A DNA stretch of 64,000 nt from a virus (lineage: Duplodnaviria > Caudoviricetes), in IMG/VR virus record IMGVR_UViG_3300034095_001474, positions 96,001 to 160,000 of that record; one strand, written 5' to 3'. Within the stretch, counting starts at the first letter, position 1. Each line of letters opens with the position of its first letter. A program made the translations under genes and the position numbers. A model generated the notes under the pieces. It was not told where the DNA came from and did not search any database. It worked only from the letters and a program-made list of their open reading frames with translations. Positions 55,141 to 63,262 of the stretch are shown here, piece by piece.

Positions 55141-55413
55141 TTATTCTTCAGAATCTTCAACTCTATATGAATATTCTTCATTATTTATTTTATCTCTAAT
55201 AATATCTTTCTCAACTAATTCATCTGATAATGAGTCATAATACTGTTCATTTTGAGGTTTCATTTCAGATGAATTACCTTCTAGATAATCAATTATTTCA
55301 TCGTTGGTCAACTTTTCTAATTCTGGATATTCATCCAAATCAATTGTGATTGGTTCTCGTACAATATATGTTGTATACGACTCTGTTTGATAAATTTTAA
55401 CTTTTCTTCCCAT
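55141..55413 (-). CDS. Hypothetical acidic protein
   Basis: ORF track. Confidence 0.55.
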   Translation of the reverse strand: MGRKVKIYQTESYTTYIVREPITIDLDEYPELEKLTNDEIIDYLEGNSSEMKPQNEQYYDSLSDELVEKDIIRDKINNEEYSYRVEDSEE

Positions 55414-55418
55414 AGTTT

Positions 55419-55982
55419 TTATTTTAATAAAGTTTTACCTAATCTTAATACTTTTGCTTTGAATTCTTCAAATGTACCGTTGTTTTCAATTATAACATCA
55501 GCACATGATTTATCAATGTTGAATGAACTTGCATCTTCGTTTGGTAATCTATCTGAAGCATCTACCCAAATAACCAAATCAAAAATACCTTGTCTTAAAC
55601 ATTCTTCGATTTCATCTCTGTCACGCATTCCTACATAACAATCAGAACGTTCTAGTATGCCTTTGGCTAATCTTGCTCTATCATCTTTGTTATAGTCGCA
55701 AATAGCTAAATACCATTCTTCTCTGTGATTCACTCGGTCCTCAAAACATTCTTCTGGTGTTTTGTAACCATACTTACCCTTTAACTCGTCATACAAAAAA
55801 ATATTTGCTGCTGATTGAGATGAAGACTCGAATGTATACCCAAATTCCTCATTAAACATTTCAGCTAAAGTATCTTTTCCATGTCGCATGTTACCGATAA
55901 TCAATAACTTTGGTTTTTTCTTTTTAGATAACTCTAAATCTTCAAGGTGTTCCCTTAACATGTTTTGTCCTATTCCTCCCAT
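55419..55982 (-). CDS. Deoxynucleoside monophosphate kinase-like protein
   Basis: IIGNMRHGKDT, CFEDR.NHR. Confidence 0.75.
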   Translation of the reverse strand: MGGIGQNMLREHLEDLELSKKKKPKLLIIGNMRHGKDTLAEMFNEEFGYTFESSSQSAANIFLYDELKGKYGYKTPEECFEDRVNHREEWYLAICDYNKDDRARLAKGILERSDCYVGMRDRDEIEECLRQGIFDLVIWVDASDRLPNEDASSFNIDKSCADVIIENNGTFEEFKAKVLRLGKTLLK

Positions 55983-55999
55983 TTTATTTTAGTTTTAAA

Positions 56000-56257
56000 T
56001 TAATCCCATTCTTCAAATGTCTGTTCTCTATTTTCGATTACACAAAGTAACCCTTTCAATATGTCGCAGTGATAAGTAATAAAGTTACCTTCAATATTCA
56101 TAACTGTGTTAACACCTAAAGCTGTGAAAAACTTTTCATTGTCAATATCATATTTTTCTAAGATAGCCATTATCTCACTACCCATGAATCCTTGTACATA
56201 TTTAGTTGGGTAATCATAAACAAATTCCTCAACATTTTCACTAGTTAATTTTTCCAT
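56000..56257 (-). CDS. Hypothetical protein
   Basis: ORF track. Confidence 0.55.
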   Translation of the reverse strand: MEKLTSENVEEFVYDYPTKYVQGFMGSEIMAILEKYDIDNEKFFTALGVNTVMNIEGNFITYHCDILKGLLCVIENREQTFEEWD

Positions 56258-56302
56258 ATTACAAATGTACTAAAAGTTTTTCGATTATACAAATTTTTAC
56301 AT

Positions 56303-56334
56303 AAAAAAAAAAGCCCATCATATGATGAGCTTTT
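56303..56334 (-). terminator. Intrinsic terminator ending the 56-57 kb RNA operon
   Basis: AGCTCATCA-TA-TGATGGGCT plus a U tract. Confidence 0.75.
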
Positions 56335-56343
56335 AATAATGTC

Positions 56344-56423
56344 AGAATAGTTTTGGGAATTGAACCCTTTCATCTAAATTTATGCAAATTTTAATTTAAC
56401 CTTAGTTTTGCTGAAACTATCCT
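56344..56423 (-). ncRNA. CAGCAA-motif RNA (copy F) with a T-arm-like hairpin
   Basis: AGGATAG/CTATTCT stem, TTTCAGCAA, GGG-TTCAATT-CCC. Confidence 0.55.
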
Positions 56424-56430
56424 TTCTTTG

Positions 56431-56501
56431 TAGCGTAGCGTGGAGTCGAACCACCCTTCAAGGTTATGAGCCTCATGTGCAACCACTTACACCATAACGC
56501 A
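56431..56501 (-). tRNA. tRNA(CAT)-like with an imperfect acceptor stem (initiator-like or pseudo)
   Basis: GAGG-CT CAT AA-CCTT; 1-72 mismatch. Confidence 0.55.
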
Positions 56502-56506
56502 ATATG

Positions 56507-56584
56507 TGCCCTAGACTGGCTACGAACCAATTATCCCATAGATACCTTTCGATACCCATCTGATAAAGTCTAAACTTCTAGGAC
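56507..56584 (-). ncRNA. tRNA-like element (acceptor + T arm only)
   Basis: GTCCTAGA/TCTAGGGC and TGG-TTCGTAG-CCA. Confidence 0.3.
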
Positions 56585-56588
56585 ATTG

Positions 56589-56659
56589 TTGGCCAAAATC
56601 TGTTTTTTTTTTCTTTTAAGTATAGATAGTTTTAATTGCTGAAAAGATTTTTTTGCCAA
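56589..56659 (-). ncRNA. CAGCAA-motif RNA (copy G), minimal
   Basis: TTGGC/GCCAA and AAATCT/AGATTT stems, TTTCAGCAA, 3' A-run. Confidence 0.55.
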
Positions 56660-56666
56660 TATTGTT

Positions 56667-56930
56667 ATCACAAGATGATTGTTTGCTTTTTTCATCCCAG
56701 CGGATTAACCCATTTTACGTCTTCGGCTTTGCTTTGGCGAGAGTCTACTGTTGTTCGACTACATCCTACTTGCACCTTTTGGGGTGGTCTGACGTTGACT
56801 TTTGTTTTCATTGGAAGTCTTACCATGTTATCTATATCCGTTGTTTGACAATGTTTTCACATTCTCTCACATACCATTTAGATTCTATCATAGTTTGTAT
56901 TTTTTGGTTGCAGAACCCATCTTTCTTGAT
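56667..56930 (-). ncRNA. CTGCAA-variant motif RNA (copy H)
   Basis: AAGATG/CATCTT stem, TTCTGCAACCAAAAAA. Confidence 0.45.
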
Positions 56931-56973
56931 AATATTTTTAATAAATTAAAGAACGTTTTGAAATAAATATATA

Positions 56974-57004
56974 CAAATGTACGAACACTTTATTGTTTTG
57001 TCAA
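56974..57004 (-). promoter_or_regulatory. Bacteroidota-type promoter followed by boxA-like CGTTCTTT
   Basis: TTGACA...TACATTTG. Confidence 0.75.
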
Positions 57005-57027
57005 CTAAAACATCAATTATTTTTAAT

Positions 57028-57273
57028 TTATTTTATAACTGATTGATTCTTAGTTGCTTCTAATACGTTTTTTTGAGAGAACTCTTCAACAATAATTAGT
57101 ATCTGATGTTTTATAGTGAGATTATGTACCACGTTTAATACTTGGTAATACATATCATTAATATAAATGTATTCGTCTTTTCTTGGGATAACTTTAAAAA
57201 TTACACCATTTTTTATTACGGACCATTTACTATCTAGTAGTGTTGTTATATATTTTGTCTTGAACATAAGCAA
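57028..57273 (-). CDS. Hypothetical protein
   Basis: ORF track. Confidence 0.5.
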   Translation of the reverse strand: MLMFKTKYITTLLDSKWSVIKNGVIFKVIPRKDEYIYINDMYYQVLNVVHNLTIKHQILIIVEEFSQKNVLEATKNQSVIK

Positions 57274-57341
57274 ATATATGATTAATTTTCATATTAGTCA
57301 ATATTTATTATAAAATAACAAGTAAATTAAAATTTAAAGTC

Positions 57342-57410
57342 ATGGGATGCGGATGTGGAAAACCAAAAACGAATACAACACCACCACCACCACCACCTCC
57401 AAGCGAGTAA
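57342..57410 (+). CDS. 22-aa peptide MGCGCGKPKTNTTPPPPPPPSE
   Basis: Manual translation; ATATTTAT upstream, terminator hairpin downstream. Confidence 0.5.
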   Translation: MGCGCGKPKTNTTPPPPPPPSE

Positions 57411-57456
57411 GGTTGTGTAAACATTAAAAAGGGTTCAGATTTGAATCCTTTTTTTT

Positions 57457-57738
57457 TTATCCTATATTTTCGTCTGTATTTTCTGGTTCTTCTTTTTTAT
57501 CACCTTTACCACCATTGCTTTTCAAAGAATGATAAGTTGTCATTCCAAATAATGCTGCAATAAATGCATAATCAATACTCAAAACCATTTCTAATTGTGT
57601 AAGATTACCCAACATTAACCATTTGACATGTATTATAATAACCAACAATACAATAACAAACGCTGTTAGTTTTCTAGAGCTATAACCTTCTCTTTTCGTG
57701 TTAAAGCTTTTTAAGATGTTGTCAATTATTTCTTTCAT
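57457..57738 (-). CDS. Two-TM holin-like membrane protein
   Basis: SSRKLTAF + TM1, TM2, charged C-tail. Confidence 0.55.
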   Translation of the reverse strand: MKEIIDNILKSFNTKREGYSSRKLTAFVIVLLVIIIHVKWLMLGNLTQLEMVLSIDYAFIAALFGMTTYHSLKSNGGKGDKKEEPENTDENIG

Positions 57739-57924
57739 ATCTATTTTTATAATAAATATATGAAAGAAATTTTTTAAAACGAAAATGCCTAATATAAGCG
57801 ACTATATTAGGCATATTATTACTGTTGTCCTTGGCAAGGCAGTAGTTTTTAAACAATTTTTGTTAATCTCTTAGTCATCATTTCTGACGTGCAACCACCA
57901 CTACGTGAAAGGTACAAGATTGTT

Positions 57925-58303
57925 TGGTGGAGTATTGGGGAGTCGAACCCCAGTGTTGAATATTCTTCAATGCTTTCTACATGTTTATCTAGTTTCTAAT
58001 CCTAGCAAAGTTGTGCTACGTTATTTATACCGATGGAGGTGCAGCGACCATCGTTGCTAATTTTTACAACTAAGAAATGTTGGTTCTTGGTGGATTACCA
58101 CTATCGGTGGACTTTACCACCATTTGCAATATTAGGCTACTGCAAGCTCTCCGTTAGAAACGAATGTCGCTTCATCTAGGAAATTTTCTGATACGATAAA
58201 ATCGTTGTCAATTCAAATTTTAATAGACAGATTTAAGTGCTTCCAATCTAGCACTACATGCTTACTACCTACGACTATATTCAGTCAATACCATTAATAC
58301 CCC
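57925..58303 (-). ncRNA. ssrA: tmRNA
   Basis: GGGGTAT/ATACTCC acceptor with G3-U70, 5' TTGAC, T arm GGGG-TTCGACT-CCCC, encoded ACCA, tag frame 58209-58132 ending LAVA-stop. Confidence 0.92.
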
Positions 58304-58375
58304 ATAAAATTAAAGAACGTGTTTAATAAATACGTGGGTTTCGGTTAAAAAACCCACTTATTTAATTTCTTATTA

Positions 58376-58406
58376 CAAATGTACGAACATTATTTTGATT
58401 ATGCAA
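58376..58406 (-). promoter_or_regulatory. Bacteroidota-type promoter for the tmRNA
   Basis: TTGCAT...TACATTTG; boxA-like CGTTCTTT before the tmRNA. Confidence 0.7.
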
Positions 58407-58418
58407 GTTTTTTTGTAA

Positions 58419-59144
58419 TTATTTTTTAGCTTTAACAATTTTATTTGTTATAATACCATCGATAATACCATAAGCTTTAGCTTCATCAGCATTCAACCAC
58501 ATATCACGATTTGTGTCTTCCAATACTTGTGCTGGGTCTTTATCAGTATATTCACCTAATAATCTGAACAACTCAGTATTGTATTTTTCACCTTCAGCAA
58601 TAGAAACACGAATATCTTGTAAGTTACCTTGTGCACCAGTTGATACTTGATGTAACATTACTCTACTATGAGCAAGACTATAACGTTTCCCTTTTGTACC
58701 AGCACCCAATAAGATACTTCCCATACTTGCTGCCATACCAGTGTTGATTGTAACTAAATCAGATGAGATGTAGTTCATAACGTCAACGATTGATAGACCG
58801 CTTTTAACGCTTCCTCCTGGACTATCGACATGCAGTGTGATGTCTTTTACTTCTAAGTTATCCAAGAACATTAGCTGTGCTTGTACAACTGTACTCATTC
58901 TGTCGTTAACTGGACCAGCTAACCAGATAATTCTATCCATCATCAAACGTGAGAAGATATCCATCTGTGTTACACGTAATTCTCTTTCTTCAAGAATATA
59001 TGGTGTTAATGATGAAGAAGGAACCATAAGTGAAGCTTGCGACCCATAAAGTTTTTCTTGCATTTGTTCCCATTGGTAATATTCCATTGAGGAAACTCCC
59101 ATATGCTTAATAGCATAGTCTCTAAATTCGTTATTTAAATCCAT
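58419..59144 (-). CDS. clpP: ATP-dependent Clp protease proteolytic subunit
   Basis: DIFSRLMMDRII, DSPGGSV, AASMGS, MLHQ, DTNRD.WL.A.EAK.YGIID. Confidence 0.95.
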   Translation of the reverse strand: MDLNNEFRDYAIKHMGVSSMEYYQWEQMQEKLYGSQASLMVPSSSLTPYILEERELRVTQMDIFSRLMMDRIIWLAGPVNDRMSTVVQAQLMFLDNLEVKDITLHVDSPGGSVKSGLSIVDVMNYISSDLVTINTGMAASMGSILLGAGTKGKRYSLAHSRVMLHQVSTGAQGNLQDIRVSIAEGEKYNTELFRLLGEYTDKDPAQVLEDTNRDMWLNADEAKAYGIIDGIITNKIVKAKK

Positions 59145-59147
59145 ATT

Positions 59148-59453
59148 TTAATCAAAATTTGTTGTTATAATTATTGGTGTGTTTTCACCCATCCATGTTG
59201 ATTTGATATTGTAACCATAATAATCAAATGCCATCTCTACCTTTACATCAAACTCATCTCTTCCGTCTAAATCATCTAAATCTGGTTCCATTTGAGCGAT
59301 AAGAATATCGATTATTTTTTCTTCATCATAAGCTACTATCGGACCTAAATTAGGTCTCTCGGCTATACCTATTATTGCATCATCAAACCCATCCATAAAT
59401 AATGCTTCTGGGTTTGAATCAGCTAATAATTCTTCTACTTCGTCTCTAGTCAT
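59148..59453 (-). CDS. Hypothetical phage protein
   Basis: DGFDDAIIG...AYD. Confidence 0.65.
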   Translation of the reverse strand: MTRDEVEELLADSNPEALFMDGFDDAIIGIAERPNLGPIVAYDEEKIIDILIAQMEPDLDDLDGRDEFDVKVEMAFDYYGYNIKSTWMGENTPIIITTNFD

Positions 59454-59908
59454 TATGAGAATTGTTTTTTACCTTTAGATGTTGCGTTAGCGGCTTCATC
59501 TTCAACTTGTTTTTCAGCAGCATAAAGAGTTTTGATGGACTCACGCAATGCTTCCCACTTATCAAATGTATGTTTAGCTAACACACCACTGAATGTTACC
59601 ACATCTGGTTTAGTGATAATTAATTTATCATTTTCCATATCATAATGGATACTAGCCAAAGATTCTTCAACAACAATTCTACGTTGGTCCTCAGTTAATC
59701 CTTCAAAAATCTTTTCATTCAAAACGATAATGATATCATCACCAGTTCTATACTTTAACAACTCATTCGCTTTGTTAATTTTGAAAAGTTCTTTTGCTTT
59801 GTTATTTACCAAAATCGTAATGTTTACGTGTTGGTCTAACCCAGCTGTTTTGATGACTTCATTATATAAGTCTTGTGTGTCTTCAAATGGTTCTTCAAAT
59901 TTTGCCAT
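59453..59908 (-). CDS. Hypothetical protein, possible phage metallopeptidase-like fold
   Basis: ORF track; PDV..F motif. Confidence 0.55.
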   Translation of the reverse strand: MAKFEEPFEDTQDLYNEVIKTAGLDQHVNITILVNNKAKELFKINKANELLKYRTGDDIIIVLNEKIFEGLTEDQRRIVVEESLASIHYDMENDKLIITKPDVVTFSGVLAKHTFDKWEALRESIKTLYAAEKQVEDEAANATSKGKKQFS

Positions 59909-59952
59909 ACTCTTTTTTTTTTAGTTTATATTAAATTATTTATACAAATATA

Positions 59953-60978
59953 CTAATTAGTTTGATGTGTTGCAACATTTTTTGTTAATTTTTCTTTTAA
60001 ATCGATAATTATCGATTTAACTTCATCATCAACACTTTTTGGCATATAAACGCCCAATGTAATCAATAAGTCACCTCTACCATCTTTACCGTATGTTTTT
60101 ATACCTTTATAAGGGATTCTAAGGTTGTTTCCAACATCACTATACTCTGGAATACTAATTCTTATTTTAGAACCCTCTATCGTCTCTATTTCGATTTTAT
60201 CACCCAATACTAATTGAGGATAAGATAACTTTAAGTTCATTTTTAAATCAGAACCAGACCTAGTGTATGTTTTATGTGGTGCTTCATGAATTTTTATATG
60301 TAAATCACCTTCATTACCACCCTTTACCCCATGACCTTTACCAGACATAACAAATGTCATTCCTTCTATAACCCCAGCTGGTATATCAACTTCAACATTT
60401 TCAACTGTATCAACCAAACCATAACCACTACATGTTTTACATTCTTTGGTATAAGAATTACCTATACCATTACATGCAGTACATGTAGTTACTTGTTGAA
60501 TTTGACCCATTGGTGTGTTGTATATATTTACAACATGTCCACTACCACCACACATAGAACAATCAACAATATCTTCACCACCATGACCTTTACAAGTTCC
60601 ACATTTTGCTTTTCTATTATATTTGTATGTTTTTTTAGTACCAGTAAATATTTCTTCAAGTGTTAATTTAACTAGAAGTGACATATCGGCACCAACGATA
60701 GTTTGAGGTTGGGTATGAAAACCACCACGGAAATGGTTTCTACCACCAAATGGTGAACCTTGTTGATTACCATTTGAATGACCAAATCTATCGTATTTAT
60801 TTTTCTTATCTGAATCTGACAATGTATCATAAGCTTCAGATATCTCTTTAAATTTATCTTCAGACCCACCTTTATCTGGATGATGCTCTTTTGCTAGCTT
60901 TCTATAAGATTTTTTAATTTCATCAGATGTAGCACCTTTTTTAAGTCCTAAGACTTCATAATAATCTTTTTTGCTCAT
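59953..60978 (-). CDS. dnaJ: DnaJ chaperone
   Basis: DYYEVLG, HPD, four CxxCxGxG repeats, C-terminal domain. Confidence 0.95.
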   Translation of the reverse strand: MSKKDYYEVLGLKKGATSDEIKKSYRKLAKEHHPDKGGSEDKFKEISEAYDTLSDSDKKNKYDRFGHSNGNQQGSPFGGRNHFRGGFHTQPQTIVGADMSLLVKLTLEEIFTGTKKTYKYNRKAKCGTCKGHGGEDIVDCSMCGGSGHVVNIYNTPMGQIQQVTTCTACNGIGNSYTKECKTCSGYGLVDTVENVEVDIPAGVIEGMTFVMSGKGHGVKGGNEGDLHIKIHEAPHKTYTRSGSDLKMNLKLSYPQLVLGDKIEIETIEGSKIRISIPEYSDVGNNLRIPYKGIKTYGKDGRGDLLITLGVYMPKSVDDEVKSIIIDLKEKLTKNVATHQTN

Positions 60979-61035
60979 GCTAAATATTTATTTTTTTACA
61001 AATGTACTTAATATTATAATAAAAAACAACTTTTT

Positions 61036-61689
61036 ATGATTTATAGGGTAATATTAACATCAAACGGGAAATACAAGAAGACTTTACATAGATGTAAAAC
61101 CAAAGAAACCGTTTTTAACAATTTTCATAAATTGATAGATGAGAATAATATTTTATATCCTAAAAGATTTTTAATTACCAATGTAATTAAAAAAGTTAAA
61201 TATCAAATTTGTGTAACTAAACCCACAGAAGAAACTGATACTTTCAGAATTCTTAGGGATGATTATGGTAAATTATATACTGAAAAACCTCTGGGTGATT
61301 GGACTATCTTGACTTCTGAAGATTATGATGTTGAAGAAACATTTTCTATCTATGGATATGAAGGAGAAGAAAGACCTACAATTAGAGAAATAGTTAAAAG
61401 GTTGATGTATGGTGCTCACGCCAAAAAAATGGTCAAACAAATTATTGTCGTTCATAATAAACTAATTATTTATAATGAGGACCAATTTGACATGGTTTTA
61501 TGTAAAAATCTAGTAGATGCACAAAGACTGCATCACACCCTAGCAAAGATAGTTAAAAAACAAAAGATAAAAAGTCTTATGTTTATGGGGACAGCCACAC
61601 CAGCTAGTGTAGGACGAATTTATGATATCATACATGAAGAAACTGGCTGGCCATACACCAAAATTAGAAGAACTAGTGCTAGACCTTAA
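61036..61689 (+). CDS. Hypothetical protein
   Basis: 217-aa ORF filling the gap, convergent with the next gene. Confidence 0.7.
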   Translation: MIYRVILTSNGKYKKTLHRCKTKETVFNNFHKLIDENNILYPKRFLITNVIKKVKYQICVTKPTEETDTFRILRDDYGKLYTEKPLGDWTILTSEDYDVEETFSIYGYEGEERPTIREIVKRLMYGAHAKKMVKQIIVVHNKLIIYNEDQFDMVLCKNLVDAQRLHHTLAKIVKKQKIKSLMFMGTATPASVGRIYDIIHEETGWPYTKIRRTSARP

Positions 61690-62066
61690 ACACGTGTTTC
61701 TGTAACGAAATCAATTAGTATTTCACCAATATTTTCGTCAACACCTTTTTGATAAACATATACTTTATCTTCTGGTAATCTTGCATCTAAATTAACTGGG
61801 TAACGCATCGAAACATAAGTTACATCACCTTCTTGTTTATTAAAAGGAATGTGCTTGATTAATGTTTCATATAGGTTTGGGTGTACAGATACACCTATTT
61901 CAGCTTTTTCATCCAACCCTTTAATTTGAACGACTAAAAGTTTTATTTTAGTAACAAATGTACTATTCCAATCTTTTTGCATAGTATCACGTTCTGGCAT
62001 TATATCTAAATATTCTTTCCAACCGTAATAGTTCCATTTTTCTTGCCATTTACTTTCCATAATCAA
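61686..62066 (-). CDS. Hypothetical protein
   Basis: ORF track. Confidence 0.55.
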   Translation of the reverse strand: MIMESKWQEKWNYYGWKEYLDIMPERDTMQKDWNSTFVTKIKLLVVQIKGLDEKAEIGVSVHPNLYETLIKHIPFNKQEGDVTYVSMRYPVNLDARLPEDKVYVYQKGVDENIGEILIDFVTETRV

Positions 62067-62305
62067 TCAACAAATAAATTTTCCAATTTTTTAACCAATT
62101 CTGTTATTTTAACATTGTTGGTTAAAATTCTTGTTTCAACATGTTCTGGTATGTTCACAACATATTCTGATTTCAATTTTGAGTTCTCTCTTTGTAGTTT
62201 ATCGCTCTCTCTTAGGTATTCATCATATAGTTTACCTTTATCTTCTCTAGTCATTACATTTACATTTACCATTTGGGTTATTACCACAATCACATGGTTT
62301 TTCAT
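62063..62305 (-). CDS. Hypothetical protein (probable start at MTREDK)
   Basis: ORF track. Confidence 0.5.
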   Translation of the reverse strand: MKNHVIVVITQMVNVNVMTREDKGKLYDEYLRESDKLQRENSKLKSEYVVNIPEHVETRILTNNVKITELVKKLENLFVD

Positions 62306-62654
62306 TTAGAATTTCTGCCATTTTAGCAATTTCTTCAACAATTTCTTCGTCAGTCATATCAATTTCTTCATCTAAAACGTTGATATCTTCAGCAATAGCA
62401 AAACTTTTCTTGATGTCTTGAACCATTTCATTTATTTTAGACATATCAGCTTCAGCAACGATTGATGGATTGATGCACTCAACTCTTTCTTCACCTTTTG
62501 TTGGAATAAAGAATGCCATTGCGTTTGCATTTTTATGTATCAACATAGTGTTTATTGATTCAGCAAATGGTTGGATAATTTCTTTAACTTTCATCATTTC
62601 TGCATCTAAGTAAAAGACAAGCACCATCGGATAATTTGTTTCATTTTCTTTCAT
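62247..62654 (-). CDS. Hypothetical protein
   Basis: ORF track. Confidence 0.6.
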   Translation of the reverse strand: MKENETNYPMVLVFYLDAEMMKVKEIIQPFAESINTMLIHKNANAMAFFIPTKGEERVECINPSIVAEADMSKINEMVQDIKKSFAIAEDINVLDEEIDMTDEEIVEEIAKMAEILNEKPCDCGNNPNGKCKCND

Positions 62655-62658
62655 TTTT

Positions 62659-62928
62659 TTAATTGTTTAAGTATTCCTCGAATTTAACTTCTTGGATTAT
62701 ATCTTTTTTATTTATTTTAACTAGCGATTCATTGCTCACAAAATGTTCAACAATAAGCTCATTTATTCTGGATTCTTTATTTTTTTCACCGTATTCGGTA
62801 AAACCGTTTAGTTTAACGTCACCACCACCTTGGTTCAATATCAAATAAATTAGATATTCTGTGATAACTTTTTCACCATCCATGGTGCTTTTTAATTTGT
62901 CAATTTCTTTTACAACAATTCTTTTCAT
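62659..62928 (-). CDS. Hypothetical protein
   Basis: ORF track. Confidence 0.5.
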   Translation of the reverse strand: MKRIVVKEIDKLKSTMDGEKVITEYLIYLILNQGGGDVKLNGFTEYGEKNKESRINELIVEHFVSNESLVKINKKDIIQEVKFEEYLNN

Positions 62929-63041
62929 TCGTCTTTCTTTAAATATAATGTTATGTATTAAATAATAAACAATAGTATCGATTTTTTTTCATAGTGTAAA
63001 CACTAAAAACAAAAAAACCCCACAATTGTGAGGCTTTTTAA

Positions 63042-63216
63042 TGACTTGTTACAAGATACGGGGGCATTTACTTCAAACCCAGTTAAGAAGTTTTCCAATT
63101 TTATAAAAATAGAGGTTTTGGGAACCTACGTGGAATCTTTCGATTCACTTTCCATGTATATAATTGTTTTTTTTAAGTTTTTTGGTTGCAGAATGCATCT
63201 TTTAAAAAACAAGTCA
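63042..63216 (-). ncRNA. CTGCAA-variant motif RNA (copy I), directly downstream of the TROVE-like gene
   Basis: TGACTTGT/ACAAGTCA and AAGATGC/GTATCTT stems, TTCTGCAACCAAAAAA. Confidence 0.55.
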
Positions 63217-63217
63217 T

Positions 63218-63258
63218 AAAAAAGAGGGATGGGTCATTTAACCATACATCCCTCTTAA
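63218..63258 (-). terminator. Terminator-like hairpin after the TROVE-like gene
   Basis: AAGAGGGATG...CATCCCTCTT plus a U tract. Confidence 0.75.
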
Positions 63259-63262
63259 TATT

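Noticed and set aside
56507-56584. Selenocysteine tRNA
   Set aside because: The 8-bp acceptor is suggestive, but there is no TCA anticodon arm or proper D arm.
8421-57760. T4 gp55 late promoter TATAAATA
   Set aside because: The sequence appears on the antisense strand of the genes; the sense-strand motif is ATATTTAT, so it is treated as a different promoter class.
9534-63216. CRISPR array formed by the CAGCAA repeats
   Set aside because: Copies are dispersed and divergent, with no regular repeat-spacer period, and there are no cas genes.
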